63,557 bases of DNA from NCBI GenBank assembly GCA_946407485.1, contig CAMJOE010000001.1, positions 1 through 63,557 of the forward strand, read 5' to 3'. Positions 58,970 to 63,557 of this stretch are shown here, piece after piece. Position 1 is the stretch's first letter. Every line of letters begins with the position of its first letter. The notes beneath the pieces were generated by a model. The model saw nothing but the letters and a program-made list of their open reading frames with translations. It did no database searches and was not told the origin of the DNA. The DNA comes from an uncultured Prevotellaceae bacterium (GTDB lineage: Bacteria > Bacteroidota > Bacteroidia > Bacteroidales > Bacteroidaceae). Made by a program: the position numbers and the translations under genes.

Positions 58970-59395
58970 TTATGAGACCTCAATGGCCTTGCTGAGTTTC
59001 TTCTCTTCCTTCACCGTCTTGGGCATCGTGACGGTCAGGATGCCGTCCTCAACCTTAGCGGAGATCTTGTCGCGCTCCACGTTGTCGGGCAAAGTGTAGT
59101 TCTGTTCGTAGTTGCTGTACGAGAACTCGCGTCTCAGGTAGTGATGCTTCTTGTCCTCGTGCTTGTGTTCGCACTTGTTCTCAATGGCGATGGTCAGGTT
59201 ACCGTCTTCGTTGATGTTGACCCTGCAGTACTCTTTCTTGATGCCGGGTGCTGCGAGCTCCATCGTGTAAGCATCTTCACTCTCCTTTACATTGACGGCC
59301 GGTGCTGTGCTGTTGGCGCGAGGCATAAGGTCAGTGTTAAAGAAATCTTCAAACAATGTTGGCATCCAACTGTTTCTAAACATTACTGGTAACAT
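58970..59395 (-). CDS. Hsp20/alpha-crystallin small heat-shock protein
   Basis: 141 aa. An alpha-crystallin domain pattern (AYTMELAAPGIKKEY..GNLTI.., LPDNVERDKISAKVEDGILTVTMPK). Confidence 0.85.
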   Translation of the reverse strand: MLPVMFRNSWMPTLFEDFFNTDLMPRANSTAPAVNVKESEDAYTMELAAPGIKKEYCRVNINEDGNLTIAIENKCEHKHEDKKHHYLRREFSYSNYEQNYTLPDNVERDKISAKVEDGILTVTMPKTVKEEKKLSKAIEVS

Positions 59396-59614
59396 AATTG
59401 TGTCCTCCTATTTTTGTTTATTAGTTAATTAATTTGTTTTCTTTTTTGTTGCCTCTGCTTTCGCTTCAGCTTTCACAAACAAGAGGAACAAGTTCCGTGC
59501 CAATGCCGAAAGTGACAAGATAGTGGACAAATGAGGACAAACGTGGACAGAATGGCAGAAAAAGAGAGCTCGCCCATGCCCTGAAGCATGAGCGAGCTCG
59601 CTGGACTCAGTCTC

Positions 59615-62600
59615 TTACTTAATGACAACCTTCTTGTTGCCTACGATGTTGATGCCGCGCTGCATCTTGCTGAGGCGCTGGCCTGCAACGTTGTAGATGG
59701 CATCGGCAGCGTTAAGGGTAGCGTCAACCTTGCTGATGCCGGTCGCATCGTCTTCAAAGCCAACGAAGTCCTTGACGCCTTCTCCGTCAGAACGTATCAC
59801 CAGATAAGCCTTACCGGCAGGAATGGTGCTTCCGTCTGTCACTCTATAGAAGCCAATGCCATCAACGCCATCGGCCAGGACATACTGGGTGCCGTCGGCC
59901 GTCACATTGTCTGTAGCGGGCACGAGGTCGTTGACGGGAACATCGGGCACTTCGCTTGTCGTATAGGCGAAGCTGTATTCGCCGGCATCAGCCTTGACGA
60001 TGACGGGCTCGCCGGCGGGTATGCCTTGGGTAATAGGCAGGAGGGAAGCGTAGTCGCCATTGACCTTGACGGCGAAGACTTCAACGGATGCGTCGGCAGG
60101 AATCTCGAGATTCTCCTCTGCCACCATCGTTGCGTAGCCGACCTCGCTCACAACGAGAGTCTGTTCGGTAGGCACTACCACGTCGCTCACCTTCTTGTAG
60201 AACTTGAAGGTCTGATCTGCGATATTCGCCTGGATAGAGCCATCGCTGGCCAGCTTATAGCAACGCCAGTCATGAGAGTTGTAGATGCCGATGTATCTCT
60301 GTTCTGTTGTTTCTGTTGTGGTCAGGTAGCCCTGGTCCACGGTGAAGTGCATAGCATCACCTGTTCCGACGCGGACGCCGTTGTTGGAATTCATGCAGTA
60401 GAGCCATGTCTCTGCACTCCCATAGGGATAGAAGACGTAACCTAAGGACTCATCTTTGACGGTCCACTTGATGTTGTCGGCAACGGCACTCGTGATCTTG
60501 TCGCCTTCTACGGTTACTGCCACAGCTGCAGGAGCGCTGGCTGCACCCTTGTCGTTGGACATTGCGAAGGTATCGCCGTTGTCACCCACGATGACGAAGA
60601 CGTCGGTGGCTGTGAGTTCGTCGAGAGCTACTTCAACCCAATTCTCCGTGCCGGGCGTGGGAGGCGTCTCCTGCTCTACTACAGTAGCATTGACGGTGAC
60701 ATCATAGGCGGGCATGCTGAAGCTAAAGACTGTTTCTGTGGTACCCGGTGAAAGGGTTACATCCTGTCCCTCTTCTGCACCGCTGACGGTGAGGCTTTCC
60801 AACTCATAACCTTCTGCGATGCTGAGCGCCAGGGTTACCTCAGTGCCTTCTGTCACTTGGGCATTCTCGCCATTCTGCAGGAGCGTCTCGCCGCCATAGT
60901 TGGCGGTGATGGTTACGTTCTCAGGATTGGCAATCGCAAGGGTGTAGCTTTCGGGAACGATATCGCTGTACTTTTGCAGGTTGATGTTTCCGAGGCCTAC
61001 ATTGCCCGTTACCTTCTCCGAGTAGATCCACTTGATGTAGCGGATGTCCTCGCCGAGGTCGCGGATTGTCTTAGTCTCCGCAGTGCCAAGCTCTGTATAG
61101 GTAACGATGGTGCCATACTCTTCGCCGTCCTCAGACACCTGCACCTTGAAGGTGCCGCCGCTGAAGCTGTTGCCCTGGATGTCGAATGACAGCACGCCAG
61201 GACGCTCGTCGAAGGCCAGGACGATAAAGTCGCCCGTGCCGTCGAACTTCAGATGTGGCGCATTCTTATAGTCCGTGCCAAGGCCTTCCTGAGTCAGGCC
61301 GGCCGTCGTTTCAATGTCTGCCTTGACGCCGTCGAAGCTGAAGGGCAGCTCTGCATATTCCTCCTCAACGGGAGCTACGTAAGCTTCCTGCGTGAGGGTC
61401 ACTTCCTTACTTACACCGCCATAACTGAGGACGATGTTTGCCGTACGTTCTGCGCCATCGTTGGCTTCACATTCTATCATCACTCTGTCGAACGACTTCG
61501 TGCTCGGAGTGAGGCTGGTAATCCAGGCGGCTGTCGTTGTAGCCGTCAGCTCTGCACCATCTATGGGGTTCTCGATGCTGTACATCAGCTCATAGTACGT
61601 GACGTCGGCAGCGATGGTTGCATTCTCGGCCACGATGACAGGATCAGGAACGGCGGGATGCGTCAGGGAAATCAATTGGCAGCCTTGGCCGAACTCATAG
61701 GTCGTGACATACTTCTTCAAAGTACCCTTCACGACGACAACGTCGCCGACTGCAACGGTCGATGCGTCGGCAGCATCGGTGCTTACGCAGCGGTATGCCT
61801 GCAGGAAGTCTGCGTCGCCCTCTGCATCAACGAAGTTGAAGGTAATGTTGTTGTGCTCCGTGCTCCATGCCGTCGGGATTTCAGTAACGATACCGGTGGC
61901 ATAAACGTCTGTCAGGCCTGCATTGGCATCGATGGCAGCGCGGGCATCAGCAACAGTATATGGGTCGGCCTCTGTACCTTCATGAGCAAGGATGGCATAG
62001 GTGGCTGTCGCTACAGGACTCACGTCAGTACCCTTCACGGCAATGGCCTTGAAGGTTGTGGTCGTGCTGACAGGGATGGCTCCTTCGTACTGAGTGCTCT
62101 CGGTGGTAGGCTCTGTGCCGTCGGTCGTGTAATAAATGATGGCATCGGACACTTCACTACTGATGACTACCCTCAGAGCAGAGGTATATATGCCGGCATC
62201 AGGAGAGAAGACAGGAGCCGCGAGGGCTACTGCAGGATGTGTCAGGGAAACCAGTTCGCAGCCTTGAGCGAACTCGTATGTTGAGCCGTACTTCGTCAGG
62301 TTACCGTAAACGACGACAACGTCACCCACCTGAACGTCCGGAGCATCAGCACCTGTACAGCGATAAGCCTGCAGGAAGTCTGCATCGCCTTCTGCATCAA
62401 CAAAGTTGAATGTGATGTTCTTATACTCTGCGCTATACGCTGTGGGGATGGCAGAGACGATACCCGTGGCATAGACGCCCTGCGTGCCTGTGCCGGCATC
62501 GATGGCAGCACGAGCCTCAGCGACGGTATAGGGGACGGTCTTTGTGAAGGTCTTTGAGGCAACGTCACTGTCGTTCATGCCGCTCTTTGTGGCTTTTGCC

Positions 62601-63187
62601 TGGATGGTTGTCGTCTCGGTTAGGGTGAAGGGTTCGCTGTAAGTTTCCCAAGTATCGCCACCCGTATTGTAGAGAATGGCAGCACCCTCTGTGCCGCAAG
62701 CAATGCTGACCTCTGTTGAAGTAAGGAAGTTCTCAACACCCATGATGATGGGAGTGGCCACGGAAGGAGTGACGCCTGCAGCTACATAAGTGACGGTGAT
62801 GGTCTTGAAGTCCGTTCTTGCTGTAGGAGAAAATGTGGCTACACCATCGGCTACTGTAAACGTACACGTTGGGGTGGAAACAACATTTGTCACAGTATAG
62901 CCCTCTTCAGCAGAAATGCGTACAGTACCGCCGCTGTACATACGCCAGGAACCGTTCGAGGAGGTGTAATACTTTCCGTTGTTTCCGCCACCCTGGGCTT
63001 CAACTGTAATAGGAGAAATCGTATAACTTGTATACGCAACTCCATTTTCCCATGAATTCGCCGCAGCAATGGCGGGGAAGTCAAACGTCACTTCCTCTGC
63101 ACTTACTGCGCTTGAGAAAGCTGTTGTCATAATGGCAGCTATCAAGCAGACACGCAGCCAAAGTTTGTTAAGTAGATTTTGTTTCAT
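59615..63187 (-). CDS. 1190-aa T9SS-sorted surface protein with a duplicated 190-aa module
   Basis: Signal peptide ..SSAVSA/EE. Two tandem copies of a Fn3/CHB_HEX_C-like plus OB-like module (NITFNFVDAEGDADFLQAYRC twice). C-terminal IYNVAGQRLSKMQRGINIVGNKKVVIK CTD. Confidence 0.7.
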   Translation of the reverse strand: MKQNLLNKLWLRVCLIAAIMTTAFSSAVSAEEVTFDFPAIAAANSWENGVAYTSYTISPITVEAQGGGNNGKYYTSSNGSWRMYSGGTVRISAEEGYTVTNVVSTPTCTFTVADGVATFSPTARTDFKTITVTYVAAGVTPSVATPIIMGVENFLTSTEVSIACGTEGAAILYNTGGDTWETYSEPFTLTETTTIQAKATKSGMNDSDVASKTFTKTVPYTVAEARAAIDAGTGTQGVYATGIVSAIPTAYSAEYKNITFNFVDAEGDADFLQAYRCTGADAPDVQVGDVVVVYGNLTKYGSTYEFAQGCELVSLTHPAVALAAPVFSPDAGIYTSALRVVISSEVSDAIIYYTTDGTEPTTESTQYEGAIPVSTTTTFKAIAVKGTDVSPVATATYAILAHEGTEADPYTVADARAAIDANAGLTDVYATGIVTEIPTAWSTEHNNITFNFVDAEGDADFLQAYRCVSTDAADASTVAVGDVVVVKGTLKKYVTTYEFGQGCQLISLTHPAVPDPVIVAENATIAADVTYYELMYSIENPIDGAELTATTTAAWITSLTPSTKSFDRVMIECEANDGAERTANIVLSYGGVSKEVTLTQEAYVAPVEEEYAELPFSFDGVKADIETTAGLTQEGLGTDYKNAPHLKFDGTGDFIVLAFDERPGVLSFDIQGNSFSGGTFKVQVSEDGEEYGTIVTYTELGTAETKTIRDLGEDIRYIKWIYSEKVTGNVGLGNINLQKYSDIVPESYTLAIANPENVTITANYGGETLLQNGENAQVTEGTEVTLALSIAEGYELESLTVSGAEEGQDVTLSPGTTETVFSFSMPAYDVTVNATVVEQETPPTPGTENWVEVALDELTATDVFVIVGDNGDTFAMSNDKGAASAPAAVAVTVEGDKITSAVADNIKWTVKDESLGYVFYPYGSAETWLYCMNSNNGVRVGTGDAMHFTVDQGYLTTTETTEQRYIGIYNSHDWRCYKLASDGSIQANIADQTFKFYKKVSDVVVPTEQTLVVSEVGYATMVAEENLEIPADASVEVFAVKVNGDYASLLPITQGIPAGEPVIVKADAGEYSFAYTTSEVPDVPVNDLVPATDNVTADGTQYVLADGVDGIGFYRVTDGSTIPAGKAYLVIRSDGEGVKDFVGFEDDATGISKVDATLNAADAIYNVAGQRLSKMQRGINIVGNKKVVIK

Positions 63188-63272
63188 TGTTGATATAAAT
63201 AAATAAAAGGTTATTGATGATTTGTCAGTCGGTTGTTTCTGCTTGTCAAGCCATAGCTTCGCAATTCGCTTG

Positions 63273-63280
63273 CAAAAATA
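63273..63280 (-). promoter_or_regulatory. -7 box (TAttTTTG) for the 1190-aa surface protein gene
   Basis: 85 nt upstream of ATG 63187. Confidence 0.4.
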
Positions 63281-63449
63281 TACATATTTATAATGCGCGC
63301 AAAGGAAAGAGGGAAATAAATTCGTCTAAATTGAGGAAACGACATTTTAAGATGCCAAACGGCACACTCGAAGACCGGGGAACAAGGCCATCCAACTTCC
63401 TCTCAATCGGAAAACCTCAAATAAATTTGGTTATTTACTCACTTATTCG

Positions 63450-63457
63450 TACCTTTG
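63450..63457 (+). promoter_or_regulatory. -7 box (TAccTTTG) for the terminal partial gene
   Basis: 23 nt upstream of ATG 63481. Confidence 0.55.
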
Positions 63458-63480
63458 CACCCAATATCACGTAACGCACC

Positions 63481-63557
63481 ATGCAATTTAATAAAAAATA
63501 TCTGGAAAAACTCGGCGTCGCCATCGAACTGACGGCCTTTGCTCCGGAGAAGAAAAC
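63481..63557 (+). CDS. 5' end of an unidentified gene (runs out of the window)
   Basis: ATG lies 23 nt after a TAccTTTG box. Open frame MQFNKKYLEKLGVAIELTAFAPEKK.. Confidence 0.35.
   Translation, partial: MQFNKKYLEKLGVAIELTAFAPEKK

Overview
63.6-kb chromosomal window that looks like a GC-rich Bacteroidales (Prevotella-like) genome. The signs are TAnnTTTG -7 promoter boxes before most genes, five proteins ending in type IX secretion (T9SS) C-terminal sorting domains, and the T9SS genes porW/sprE and porX. Content from left to right: the end of a GH36 alpha-galactosidase and a GH43-like hydrolase; a complete minus-strand glycine-cleavage/lipoylation operon (lplA-gcvT-[four-helix-bundle cassette]-gcvH-gcvPA-gcvPB-lpdA); a T9SS lipase-like hydrolase and an S8 protease; tRNA-Leu; a Ser-type sulfatase; a 2267-aa GLUG-repeat protein ending in a dockerin; a GH115-like enzyme; a HAD phosphatase, a TPR lipoprotein and a TlpA-like protein; tRNA-Pro; aroA; porW, porX, tsaE; a GH78 rhamnosidase; an SSF transporter; a lower-GC ~5.6-kb island encoding a 1501-aa GLUG protein with cohesin-dockerin-cohesin modules plus a T9SS CTD; dusB, sufE, glutaminyl cyclase; an Lrp-coupled amidotransferase(C26)/dipeptidase(M19) fusion; xerD, aroQ, an O-methyltransferase, a radical SAM/SPASM gene, hsp20 and a 1190-aa T9SS surface protein. 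Three observations stand out. (1) A family of ~50-100-bp G/C-rich double-hairpin palindromic elements sits IN FRAME inside at least four housekeeping or enzyme genes (lplA, sulfatase twice, GH115; probably also lpdA and gcvT), analogous to Rickettsia RPEs. (2) A possible non-cellulosomal cohesin-dockerin surface assembly links a T9SS-anchored scaffold-like protein on the lower-GC island to a giant dockerin-terminated protein that lacks a T9SS signal. (3) Intergenic DNA is built from tandem arrays on a 22/11-bp lattice and from 7-bp arrays abutting promoters, and a low-GC Avd-like four-helix-bundle gene cassette with terminal inverted repeats sits inside the gcv operon. I saw no CRISPR, transposase, phage or recognisable defence genes. 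All family calls come from motif recognition by eye; no searches were run and domain boundaries are approximate.
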